This document shows positions 55,552 through 64,000 of a DNA stretch of 64,000 nt, piece by piece. The notes under the pieces were generated by a model. The model was not told the DNA's origin, made no database searches, and saw nothing but the letters and a program-made list of their open reading frames with translations. Numbering within the stretch: position 1 is the first letter of the stretch; every line of letters begins with the position of its first letter. This DNA comes from Candidatus Omnitrophota bacterium. GTDB taxonomy: Bacteria > Omnitrophota > Gorgyraeia > JABMRG01 > JAFGKX01. The stretch covers positions 73,180 through 137,179 of the forward strand of contig JAZDPX010000013.1 in NCBI GenBank assembly GCA_043797125.1, read 5' to 3'. Both the position numbers and the translations under genes were made by a program.

Positions 55552-56826
55552 CTAACTGATACTCAAGCGTAAAATTACAACCGTTTCTATATGCGGGGTA
55601 TGCGGGAAAAAATCATAACATGATATGCTTTTAAGGTTATACGCTCTAAGCAGTTTTTTTAAATCTCTTGCAAGCGTGGCCGGATTACAGGATATATAAC
55701 AAAGAGCCGGCGCTGGCTTTTCCAGTATGCTGTTTATGATAATATCTGAAAGCCCTTTTCTCGGGGGGTCCATTATCACTAAGTGCGGCCTTTTTTGCAG
55801 CAGCTCATTAATCGCTTTTTCGCAGGGGTTTTTATTAACAGCAAAATTGGGGATATTATTCAGCAATATGTTCTTTTTTAGAAAATAAACGTTTTCCCTC
55901 TGCGATTCGACCCCTGTCATGCGCTTTGCCTTATGCGCCAAAAGAATGCCGAATGTCCCTACGCCGCAATATAAATCCAGGATCTCGTGCTTAGTATCCG
56001 GCGAAAGTGAATTCTCAAGGTCGCTTGCCAGCTTCTCTAACATTGATAAATTCACCTGGAAGAAAGATTCTGCCCCGACATGGAATACTTTGCCGTTTAT
56101 GCTTTCTGTCAGGAAGCTGTCACCCCACACGCTGAATTTTTCGCCGCTCTCCTTAATAATATATACTATGCCTTTGATAAAACCGGGCGTATTATCTTTG
56201 CTTATATCAAGAAGCTGTTCTTTATTTTCCTCTTTCAATTTTCCGTAGAGCGCTAATAAAACTTCCTTTTTGCTGTTCTGGCGTATTGTAACTTCTTCTA
56301 TAAAATCAAGGCTGTTTTTTTGCATAACATCGATTAGAAAATCCATTGCGCTGTTGGTTTCTTCCGGCGCGAGAAAACATTCCTTTACCGCGCTTGGGCT
56401 TGTGTCTTCTTCAAAAGACACGTATGCAAAGCTATAAAGCCCGCCTTTACGCACAACGCGCAAAGATATCTTATTTCTGTATCCCCAGATTACCGGCGAA
56501 GGGTTAAAAATAATATTCGGCTTTTCTATTTTAAGGTCGTGGCTGAATGTTTCTCTTATTTGAGCCTCCTTAATCCTAACCTGCTCTTTGTAATCTATGT
56601 ATTGGTAGGGCGAACATATCCTGTAATGAGCGCATCGCGGCTCTATTCTGTGGACAGAGCTAAGCTTTACTGTTTTTGTCTTGGCCTCTGTGTAATTTTT
56701 TCTTTCCTTAATAACCTCGATTTCAACAGTCTCCTGCGCAAGGCCTTCATCCGTAATAATGACCTTTCCTTCCTGCCTGGAAATGCTTTTCCCGGGATAT
56801 ATAATTTTATCTATCTTGATATCCAT
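55552..56826 (-). CDS. rlmD: RlmD/RumA-family 23S rRNA m5U methyltransferase
   Basis: TRAM-like N-terminus, GYRNK, SFFQVN, DLYCGVG, DPPRKG, YISCNPATLARD, FPHTPHIE. Confidence 0.92.
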   Translation of the reverse strand: MDIKIDKIIYPGKSISRQEGKVIITDEGLAQETVEIEVIKERKNYTEAKTKTVKLSSVHRIEPRCAHYRICSPYQYIDYKEQVRIKEAQIRETFSHDLKIEKPNIIFNPSPVIWGYRNKISLRVVRKGGLYSFAYVSFEEDTSPSAVKECFLAPEETNSAMDFLIDVMQKNSLDFIEEVTIRQNSKKEVLLALYGKLKEENKEQLLDISKDNTPGFIKGIVYIIKESGEKFSVWGDSFLTESINGKVFHVGAESFFQVNLSMLEKLASDLENSLSPDTKHEILDLYCGVGTFGILLAHKAKRMTGVESQRENVYFLKKNILLNNIPNFAVNKNPCEKAINELLQKRPHLVIMDPPRKGLSDIIINSILEKPAPALCYISCNPATLARDLKKLLRAYNLKSISCYDFFPHTPHIETVVILRLSIS

Positions 56827-56844
56827 GTAATTAAAAGCCCTTCC

Positions 56845-56911
56845 GACGTAGCGCAGGCTTAAGCCTGCGCTACGTCTAAGTCGAGATGCTTATAATGGCT
56901 GAGCTATTAAC
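56845..56911. mobile_element. MITE copy 5, left arm truncated or decayed
   Basis: Palindrome at 56845-56876 followed by the conserved right arm TAAGTCGAGATGCTTATAATGGCTGAGCTATTAAC. Confidence 0.7.
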
Positions 56912-56915
56912 AATT

Positions 56916-56944
56916 ACAGGGCAGTTTAGACACCCCTGCCCTGT
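56916..56944. terminator. Hairpin, probable terminator of the small zinc-ribbon gene
   Basis: ACAGGGCAG / CTGCCCTGT 9-bp stem. Confidence 0.55.
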
Positions 56945-57016
56945 CATTTTACTCCTTTTGAATCAGTAGATCCCTTTTAAATAATTATCGGGAAGACTTG
57001 AAGTAGAATCTCTTTT

Positions 57017-57184
57017 TTAGCGGCCTTCGTTCTTGCGCTTTGAAAAGCAATCCTTGCAATACACAGGACGATCCCCTCTAGGTTTGAAAGGTACGTCGCA
57101 TTCCTTATTGCAGTCTGAACAGGTTGCCTTGAACATTTCCCGTGGACCCCTGTCAAATCCACCATTACCCTTTTGATATCCCAT
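57017..57184 (-). CDS. 55-aa CxxC-x17-CxxC zinc-ribbon protein (missed by ORF track)
   Basis: MGYQKGNGGFDRGPREMFKATCSDCNKECDVPFKPRGDRPVYCKDCFSKRKNEGR; GGAGG RBS and its own consensus promoter. Confidence 0.92.
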   Translation of the reverse strand: MGYQKGNGGFDRGPREMFKATCSDCNKECDVPFKPRGDRPVYCKDCFSKRKNEGR

Positions 57185-57252
57185 GCTTCCTCCGTTTTAG
57201 ATTAGGCCTTTTTTGGTTCGCCTAACCTGTGTTATCCATACAATAGGTTATT

Positions 57253-57281
57253 ATTATACATTCACTATTGCACCATGTCAA
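57253..57281 (-). promoter_or_regulatory. Consensus sigma70 promoter TTGACA-N17-TATAAT
   Basis: -35 at 57276-57281, -10 at 57253-57258. Confidence 0.78.
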
Positions 57282-57282
57282 A

Positions 57283-57567
57283 CTATTTAATATTTATATA
57301 ACCAGCTAAAGTCGGGCTCCTCTTGCTTAAGAAAACCGTTGCCTTCCAAACGATTAAGATAGCGGCCGTGATGGTTGCTCCCAATAACAAATCGCTTGCT
57401 ATGTTTTCGGAAATAAGAAATAATTCCCCGTTCCAAAGATGGTCTATTAATCCGAAAAGGGCGCCTCCATAAAGCATAAGCATCAACCACCATGTCTTCA
57501 CGTCTTTCGTTTTGCCCCACGCTATTGTTGTAACTATAGCCCCTGCCAAGGGCGCTGCATAACACAT
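57283..57567 (-). CDS. Small membrane hypothetical protein
   Basis: GGAGG RBS, 2-3 hydrophobic segments, IDHLWNGELF motif. Confidence 0.78.
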   Translation of the reverse strand: MCYAAPLAGAIVTTIAWGKTKDVKTWWLMLMLYGGALFGLIDHLWNGELFLISENIASDLLLGATITAAILIVWKATVFLSKRSPTLAGYINIK

Positions 57568-57613
57568 ATGTCCCTCCTTATTTGCTGGAAGTTAACACAA
57601 AGACAATATAATG

Positions 57614-57832
57614 TCAAGAGATTTTAATGACCTTATCCCTGGATTTTTCACCGGAAACGATTCTTACCTGTGATTTTTTGATATTAAAATGCTGGGCAAG
57701 GACTTCTATGAGGGCTTTATTTGCCTTTCCGTCAATTGCTGCTGCGCTAACGCGCACCTTAAGGCTGTCTGCGAATTTCTCAACGCTGTTTATTTTTGCT
57801 TTCGGGATTACCCTTATTTTAACGGTTCTCAT
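57614..57832 (-). CDS. DUF167/YggU-family protein
   Basis: VIPKA, DGKANKAL, GEKSRDK. Confidence 0.9.
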   Translation of the reverse strand: MRTVKIRVIPKAKINSVEKFADSLKVRVSAAAIDGKANKALIEVLAQHFNIKKSQVRIVSGEKSRDKVIKIS

Positions 57833-58875
57833 TACGATTTGCTGCGCTTTAGGTATTCTTCGAATTTTATCCAGAAAGGATCTGCTTTTGGGTGCTCGAG
57901 CTTCTTTTTCTTGCCGCTATCATAAACATGCATGCCATCGGCTGTTTTAGTAATCTCTCCGACAATGCTGGCAGGGATACCTTGGTCTTTAAGCGCTTTT
58001 ACTACCTGCTTTGCCTTGTTATCTTTTACTGTTGCAAGCAATGTCCCTTCGCTAATAGCGATATAAGGGTCGATGCCAAAGCAATCGCAGGTCTTTTTAA
58101 CAGCATCCTGCAGTATTATATCCTGTTTATTGATTATCATGCCGACATTGCTATGATTAGCAATCTCGTACAAGCCCCCGAATACTCCTCCCTCGGTAGC
58201 GTCGTGCATCGCGGTAACTCCGCCTACAGAAGCTGTAATAAGCGCGTCTTTAACGCATGACATCTGAAAATAGACATCTTGCGCTTCTTTGGTCAATTTT
58301 GCGCCATATTTTTCATTTAGAAATTTCGGAAAATACGCTGCCATAAGTCCTGTTGTTTCTATGGCCGGGCCCTTGGTAACGATAATTTTATCGCCTACAC
58401 ATGCGCGGGGAATTATTAATTTTTCTTTTTTATCGACGCCGAACATCGTTGCCCCGCCCACCATCGGGAAATTACATCCTGCGTAACGCGCGGTATGGCC
58501 TGTTACCACATTTATCCCTAGGTTTTTACATTCGTCATTTACAATATCCCACATATCCAAAAATTCGCCCTCGGTCATTTCCGGAGGCAAATTCAGGTCA
58601 ACGGCTAAATATTTTGGAGCGATGCCGCTTACAGCAACATCGCTTGCCAGTATATGAACGGCAAACCAGGCTGCCTTACGCATACCCAGCTCCTTGGCAA
58701 TGTAGAAAGGGTCTGTTGACAACACGACGACAGAGCCGCCTATCTCTATTGCGCCGAAATCCACGCCGTTCTGCGGCTTTACAATAACATTTTTATTCGG
58801 TGCGCCTAATTTATGGCGTATGTGTTTATCAAAAAAATCCGGGTGGATTTTACCGAGTTCTGGCATCTTTTCCAC
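57832..58875 (-). CDS. AIR synthase-related (PurM/HypE/ThiL superfamily) protein
   Basis: GVD, STDP, SDVA, GHT, AMHDATEGG, ISEGTL. Confidence 0.88.
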   Translation of the reverse strand: MEKMPELGKIHPDFFDKHIRHKLGAPNKNVIVKPQNGVDFGAIEIGGSVVVLSTDPFYIAKELGMRKAAWFAVHILASDVAVSGIAPKYLAVDLNLPPEMTEGEFLDMWDIVNDECKNLGINVVTGHTARYAGCNFPMVGGATMFGVDKKEKLIIPRACVGDKIIVTKGPAIETTGLMAAYFPKFLNEKYGAKLTKEAQDVYFQMSCVKDALITASVGGVTAMHDATEGGVFGGLYEIANHSNVGMIINKQDIILQDAVKKTCDCFGIDPYIAISEGTLLATVKDNKAKQVVKALKDQGIPASIVGEITKTADGMHVYDSGKKKKLEHPKADPFWIKFEEYLKRSKS

Positions 58876-58898
58876 GTGTCACCTCATAGGTTAAGCGG

Positions 58899-59390
58899 TT
58901 ATTTTCTGCGTCGGGGGCTTGGCTGCCTTTTTTTATAAGGCCTTTTGCCTGCGCTATTTCTTTGCTTGGGGAAATGGCTCGCCGGCATAAAAGTTGTTTC
59001 TTGCGGTTTATTATTATGGTCTTCTTTAAACGGGTTTGCGCCTTTTCGTTTTGAAAAGCATTCCTTGCAATACACGGGGCGGTCCCCGCTGGGCTTAAAA
59101 GGAACTTCGCATTCTTTGTTACAGTCTGAACAAATAACCTTGGTAAAACTTCTGTCCCTAAAGCCGTCTTCTCTGGGCCTTCTATCATCATGACGAGGCC
59201 GGTCAAAACGCTGGAAAGGCTTTGGAAAGCGCTGGCCTTCGGACTTATTTTTAAAAGACTGGCTTGCCAATGCATCGATTTTGTTTTCAATGGATGCAAG
59301 CTGCTGCTGCATCTTGCTAATCAGGTCCATTATATCCGGCTCGCTTTGCGCCTGTGTTAAGGAACCTCTGTGCCTAAAATTTTTTTTCAT
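58899..59390 (-). CDS. CxxC-x17-CxxC domain protein with N-terminal coiled coil and basic tail
   Basis: CSDCNKECEVPFKPSGDRPVYCKECFSKRK. Confidence 0.9.
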   Translation of the reverse strand: MKKNFRHRGSLTQAQSEPDIMDLISKMQQQLASIENKIDALASQSFKNKSEGQRFPKPFQRFDRPRHDDRRPREDGFRDRSFTKVICSDCNKECEVPFKPSGDRPVYCKECFSKRKGANPFKEDHNNKPQETTFMPASHFPKQRNSAGKRPYKKRQPSPRRRK

Positions 59391-59400
59391 TTCACTCCTC

Positions 59401-59673
59401 CTAAATTTTACCCATAAACATTAGTATGCCGACAATAACAAATAACGCCGCGCCGCCGTATCTTATCATGTCGGGCCGTATATATTTGCTCAAGGTCGCG
59501 CCTATTAATACGGTGATCGCCGTTACTATAAGATAAGCTGAAACAGACCCTAACCACACAGTTAGAGGCTTGCCTGATTTAGCAGACAGGCTTATCCCAA
59601 TCAATTGCGTCTTATCTGCAAGCTCCGCGAAAAAAATCGCTGAAAATGTCGCAAAAAATATTTTCCAATCCAT
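59401..59673 (-). CDS. TMEM165/GDT1 (UPF0016) half-size Mn/Ca transporter
   Basis: AELADKTQL motif, 3 TM segments. Confidence 0.9.
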   Translation of the reverse strand: MDWKIFFATFSAIFFAELADKTQLIGISLSAKSGKPLTVWLGSVSAYLIVTAITVLIGATLSKYIRPDMIRYGGAALFVIVGILMFMGKI

Positions 59674-59706
59674 ATCTGTTATCTCCTTTTATTTGTTGTG
59701 AGCCCT

Positions 59707-61536
59707 TTAATTATTCTGTTCTTTCTTGGTGGTTCGTTTACGGTCTGTTTCCTTAAGCTCGATTTTTCGCAGACGTATGCTCTGAGGGGTAATCTCGACT
59801 AACTCATCATCCTCTATAAACTCAAGGGCAATCTCAAGAGTCATTTCTCTGGGCGGGGTAAGCTGAATAGCTTCATCAGAGCCCGCGGCGCGCATATTTG
59901 TCTGTTTTTTTTCGCGCAACGCGTTTACCACCAAATCAGCGCCTTTATTATTCGCGCCTATAATCATCCCTTCGTATATCTTATCCCCGGGCTTTATGAA
60001 AATTTCTCCCCGCGGCTGCAGATTAAAAAGCGCGTACGCGACAGCCTTGCCTTCTGCATGCGAAATAAGCACGCCCTTTTGTCGCTCGGGCATTTCTCCC
60101 TTATAGTTCTGATACTCGAGAAAATTTTGGTACATTACACCGTTTCCGCGCGTCATCAAAAGAAAATCGCTTCTAAATCCTATCAATGCCCTTGAGGCAG
60201 CGATAAATTCCATGCATATAGAGCCTGATGATGTTGTTTTGAGGCTGCGCATTTCCGCCTTGCGAAGCCCCAGCGCCTGCATAATAGTTCCCTGATACTC
60301 GCTATCCACCTCGATAACCACTTCCTCTACGGGTTCAAGTGTTTTTCCGTCTATTTCCTTCAAAATAACATGGGGCCGCGAAACTTCCATTTCATATCCT
60401 TCGCGGCGCATTGTCTCTATCAGTATTGCGAGGTGCAGTTCTCCCCGGCCTGAAACCTTAAACCGTTCGCCGCCGTCAACTTCCTCAACCTTTATCCCGA
60501 CATTTATCATGGCCTCATGCTCAAGGCGTTCGCGTATGTGGCGCGATGTCAAAAACCTTCCGCCGTCTTTGCCGGAAAGAGGGCTTGTATTATGAGAAAA
60601 ATTCATTGAAATCGTGGGTTCGTCAATTTTGACTGTAGGCAAACTCTTTGGCTCATCAACGCATGCAAGCGTATCTCCAACCTCCATGTCCTCCATGCCC
60701 GCTAGCAATACAATATCTCCAGCCATCGCCTCGCTAACTTCTACCCGTGTTAACCCGCGATATTTCATAATCTTTGTCACCTTGCCCCTAGAAACAGCGC
60801 CGTCTCGTTTTACCAGGGCAACAGGGTCTGCGGCATGTATCAGGCCGTGGAAGATGCGCCCGATTGCAATACGCCCTACATATGAATCGTAGTCAAGCAT
60901 GGTTACCAGCATTTGAAACGGCAATTCAGGATCCGCGACCGGCGGCAACACCCTGTGCAGAATAGTTTCTAAAAGAGGTTTTACAGACTCGCTCGGCTCA
61001 TCAAGGTCAAGCGTCGCGTAACCGTTTTTCGCCGAGGCGTACACAATGGGGAAATCGAGCTGCTCATCAGAAGCGTTGAGCTCGCAAAAAAGATCAAATG
61101 TCATATTAGCAACTTCATCTGCCCTGGCATTTGCGCGGTCTATTTTATTTATTACAAGAATAGGCTTTAAATGCAGCTGCAGTGACTTTTTCAATACGAA
61201 TTTTGTCTGCGGCATCGGGCCTTCAACTGCGTCGACCAAAAGAAGCACGCCCTCGACCATTTCAAGAACGCGCTCTACCTCGCTGCCAAAGTCTGCGTGC
61301 CCTGGGGTATCCACAATATTGCACTGGACCCCCTTATATTGGAAAGATGCGTTTTTGGACACAATCGTTATGCCCCTTTCTTTCTCGATGGGGTTTGAGT
61401 CCATAATGGTCGCTTCGCCTTCTTTAAACGCATAGGCGCCTGTGTATTTCAGGAGCGCGTCGACAAGGGTTGTCTTGCCGTGATCGACATGCGCGATAAT
61501 CGCGAGATTTCTTACGTCTTTTCTTCTTTTTTGCAT
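59707..61536 (-). CDS. typA: Translational GTPase TypA/BipA
   Basis: AHVDHGKT, ERGITI, DTPGHADF, NKID, GRGELHL, TNMRA. Confidence 0.97.
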   Translation of the reverse strand: MQKRRKDVRNLAIIAHVDHGKTTLVDALLKYTGAYAFKEGEATIMDSNPIEKERGITIVSKNASFQYKGVQCNIVDTPGHADFGSEVERVLEMVEGVLLLVDAVEGPMPQTKFVLKKSLQLHLKPILVINKIDRANARADEVANMTFDLFCELNASDEQLDFPIVYASAKNGYATLDLDEPSESVKPLLETILHRVLPPVADPELPFQMLVTMLDYDSYVGRIAIGRIFHGLIHAADPVALVKRDGAVSRGKVTKIMKYRGLTRVEVSEAMAGDIVLLAGMEDMEVGDTLACVDEPKSLPTVKIDEPTISMNFSHNTSPLSGKDGGRFLTSRHIRERLEHEAMINVGIKVEEVDGGERFKVSGRGELHLAILIETMRREGYEMEVSRPHVILKEIDGKTLEPVEEVVIEVDSEYQGTIMQALGLRKAEMRSLKTTSSGSICMEFIAASRALIGFRSDFLLMTRGNGVMYQNFLEYQNYKGEMPERQKGVLISHAEGKAVAYALFNLQPRGEIFIKPGDKIYEGMIIGANNKGADLVVNALREKKQTNMRAAGSDEAIQLTPPREMTLEIALEFIEDDELVEITPQSIRLRKIELKETDRKRTTKKEQNN

Positions 61537-61572
61537 AAGTGGACGCTATAGTAGCACTTTACGAATATATGT

Positions 61573-64000
61573 TCAAGGAAATTCAGCGCAAACGCTGACA
61601 ACGCGGGTTTTTACCCAGTCATGCTTGCCCGGGTACACAAAAGCTTCATTGATGAATTCTTCCGGAATAAATTTGTCGCCTGGGGTTATTTCAGTTGTGA
61701 AATCCGCGGTTAGGGAAAGGCCGGATATTATATTCTTTTTAACTGATGCCTCGGTAAATTTAAAGCAATACTCGCCCTCTGCTTTCTTAAGCAGCGTGTA
61801 TTTAAGGCTTCTTTTTTTAAAATATCCCGAACCATCAAATTTAAACGGCGAATAGACATTTATTTTAACTCTCCCCTCCGTTCGGGAAGGGTTTAATTTT
61901 CCCCATGTTCCTAATTCAGCGTTTACTAAATTAAGAAAGCTTTTGTCTGCTAGTTTCTTTTCAAGCAGAGAAACTCCCTTTTTATCCCATCCTAATACCA
62001 CCACATCATCACCTATTATCCAGGATAATTGAGAGCTGTCTTTAGACCAGTAAGACGAAATATAAGAGCGAAAGTATGCAGCAAGAGACGGCTCTGCCTT
62101 CATTATTGCGCTGGCCAACACAATACCAAAATATTTCCTGAAAACACCCCGCCCTTTTTCACCGACAGTAACATAAAAGCGTCTTTGAACTTCATCGTTC
62201 TTTATCCGGGCAGCTCTTTCCTTGTACTGCTTAACCGTAAATTCGGGTTTTTGGATCTTTAGTTTATCCAGGCTCGCGCCCGCCTCGGTGAAATTAATAT
62301 TTTTTTCGTATATCTCCCACAAAGGCCTCCTGTCAAGGCCTGTGCTAACTTGCGCCCACGGTTTTGACATGCCCTCTTCAAACGAAAAACCTTCAAACAG
62401 TTTCTTATTTTCTATGCCTTCTTTATTCAGCGCCTTCATAAACAGAGAAAAGAAAGGTTCCCTGACAGCGTTATAATAAGTGAATCCGGAATTGTTCAGC
62501 GCGTTTAAAAGCGCCTGTTTAATTCTATCGTCCGAGGCCCTCGCCAATATCTGCGACACGGCATACTCATTTGCCCCTATCGCCTCGCGGGCTTCAAACT
62601 TGCAGCTTTTCGCCTCACGGCAGATTCTGGAAATAATTTTATCATGTATATCCGCAGAAAACGCCTTATCAAACTCCAGAGGCGTCCATGGAAATTTAAC
62701 GAGCGGCGTAATGGAAAAGATAACGCGTGTTTTAGCATAAGACTTCTCTCTTGCCTCTTGCACCGTATTTAGAAATTCGCTAAATTCAGCGAAATCAGCG
62801 TCATCCTCTAGGCCGGTGGAAAGCATAAAGATCTTTAATTCCCGCGCCTTTATCTTAAACACTGATTCCATGCTTTTGTGCAGGGTTTTATCATTAAGAT
62901 TTTTGTTAAGATATCTCCTAAGCCTGGCTGATATGCCTTCCAGGCCAAAACTAAAAGTTGATTTTCCGGCCGCATGCTCGTATTCAGCCATAGCGGGATC
63001 GGCAGCGAAAGCGTCAATTCTCTGGCTTTTAAGCGCGGTCTTCTGGAAAAATAAGGAAAAGTCCCAAAGTATTTTATAGAACTCGGTATGCATATTAAAA
63101 TTGAAGCTCGAAAGGCTGATCTGTTCTAACCCCATATGCGCCTTCATCCTGAGGGCCTTTTCTGAAAGAAAAGGTGCGTTTAATTCCTTGTAAGGCTTCT
63201 TAAGCCAGCTTTCGGCGCAAAAACTGCACGATGCCCTGCAGCCTTCGCTGATAGGGATGTACCCGTTGCCGATTTCTTCTTCCGTATACGGGACAATTCC
63301 CTTTTCTAATATTTGCGGGGCCTCGGGTGAAAGCTTTTCAGTTTTTCGCGCTTTAGCGGCGTTGTCCGTCGAGTAAAACCCTGGCAGGGATTTTAATTGT
63401 TCTAATATCTCTTTTTTGGTCCTGCCTTGTTTGCGTCCAAAAGCGCAGATTTGGAGTAATTTTTTTATTTCTAAAACGCCGCTCCCCATGAATATGCCGT
63501 CAACCCATGAGTCGTTTCCCCATATGGATGTTGTGTAAAGGCTGTTCGCTCCTCCCATGATAACAAGCGGTATATCTTCTCTTTCTAAACGCTCGTTTCT
63601 ATTTAATGGTATTGCGCTTGTCTTAAGGAACTTAGGAATATTCAGTATTTCCTGAACTATGGAATTTGAAAAACCGACCACATCGAAAGCTTTCGCGCTA
63701 AACTTTGTCTGGGTTCCTAAAAGCCACGGAATATTATCTTTTTCAAACACCTTAGCGTCGTTATGAGGAGGCAAGTAGGCAATGTCAGGGAAAACATCCG
63801 CAATAGAAGCGGCTATCTGGTAAAGTAAAGAATGTGTGAATGAAGACGCCACATCTTTATATGTCGAAAGTCTCGTGAATAAAACCCTAAACGGCCTTAA
63901 GCTGTATTCTTCGTTGGGTAGCGTATTAATTTCGCCGCCGCGAAGCCACAACCCGTAGTCGGACAACAGCGGATAAACAGCGTCATACCATTTGGAATAA
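61573..64000 (-). CDS. Large radical SAM protein (B12-binding-like N-terminal region), start probably outside window
   Basis: GCRASCSFC (CxxxCxxC), MGGAN, GLEG. The frame stays open from 63966 to the window edge. Confidence 0.85.
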   Translation of the reverse strand, partial: YSKWYDAVYPLLSDYGLWLRGGEINTLPNEEYSLRPFRVLFTRLSTYKDVASSFTHSLLYQIAASIADVFPDIAYLPPHNDAKVFEKDNIPWLLGTQTKFSAKAFDVVGFSNSIVQEILNIPKFLKTSAIPLNRNERLEREDIPLVIMGGANSLYTTSIWGNDSWVDGIFMGSGVLEIKKLLQICAFGRKQGRTKKEILEQLKSLPGFYSTDNAAKARKTEKLSPEAPQILEKGIVPYTEEEIGNGYIPISEGCRASCSFCAESWLKKPYKELNAPFLSEKALRMKAHMGLEQISLSSFNFNMHTEFYKILWDFSLFFQKTALKSQRIDAFAADPAMAEYEHAAGKSTFSFGLEGISARLRRYLNKNLNDKTLHKSMESVFKIKARELKIFMLSTGLEDDADFAEFSEFLNTVQEAREKSYAKTRVIFSITPLVKFPWTPLEFDKAFSADIHDKIISRICREAKSCKFEAREAIGANEYAVSQILARASDDRIKQALLNALNNSGFTYYNAVREPFFSLFMKALNKEGIENKKLFEGFSFEEGMSKPWAQVSTGLDRRPLWEIYEKNINFTEAGASLDKLKIQKPEFTVKQYKERAARIKNDEVQRRFYVTVGEKGRGVFRKYFGIVLASAIMKAEPSLAAYFRSYISSYWSKDSSQLSWIIGDDVVVLGWDKKGVSLLEKKLADKSFLNLVNAELGTWGKLNPSRTEGRVKINVYSPFKFDGSGYFKKRSLKYTLLKKAEGEYCFKFTEASVKKNIISGLSLTADFTTEITPGDKFIPEEFINEAFVYPGKHDWVKTRVVSVCAEFP

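Noticed and set aside
1292-56876. CRISPR array made of the palindromic repeats
   Set aside because: Copies are dispersed kilobases apart with no regular spacers, and no cas genes are present.
56977-57165. 62-aa ORF from the track
   Set aside because: Alternative frame over the real 55-aa CxxC-x17-CxxC gene, which has the RBS and a recognisable motif.
151-63079. Numerous plus-strand ORFs of 60-280 aa (e.g. 2612..3208, 19968..20807, 26503..27198)
   Set aside because: Antisense shadows of well-supported minus-strand genes, Ser-rich and without motifs. Only 42815..44548 is credible on the plus strand.

Overview
Bacterial chromosomal window with about 47 genes, all but one on the minus strand. 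I found no rRNA, tRNA, CRISPR array, integrase or transposase. The gene style is suggestive of Candidatus Omnitrophota or a similar anaerobic lineage, but that is inference only. Housekeeping content includes nifS/iscS, ccdA-tlpA, an ECF sigma/anti-sigma/Spy module, CusCBA- and MacAB-TolC-type efflux, rrf2-cysK-DUF39 sulfur assimilation, a Gld-like ABC system, hss plus ornithine decarboxylase, GTP-PEPCK, rlmI, rlmD and typA. Two observations stand out. (1) Three otherwise unrelated proteins share a signal-peptide-like N-terminus, an LR[PG]xS motif at residue ~35-43 and a C-terminal Ala-Ala. They are a 2595-aa PEP synthase-like giant, a 1091-aa HAD + phosphoglucose isomerase fusion and a ~515-aa orphan. 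This suggests a dedicated export or targeting code for cytoplasm-type metabolic enzymes. (2) A 95-bp MITE with terminal inverted repeats and ~8-bp target-site duplications carries a perfect 26-bp GTAG-type REP palindrome that also occurs on its own. Also notable are a five-gene GT2/GT-C/Cys-hydrolase/enolase/GH3 operon, a three-promoter ECF regulon readable from the sequence, and a 55-aa zinc-ribbon gene missed by the ORF track.
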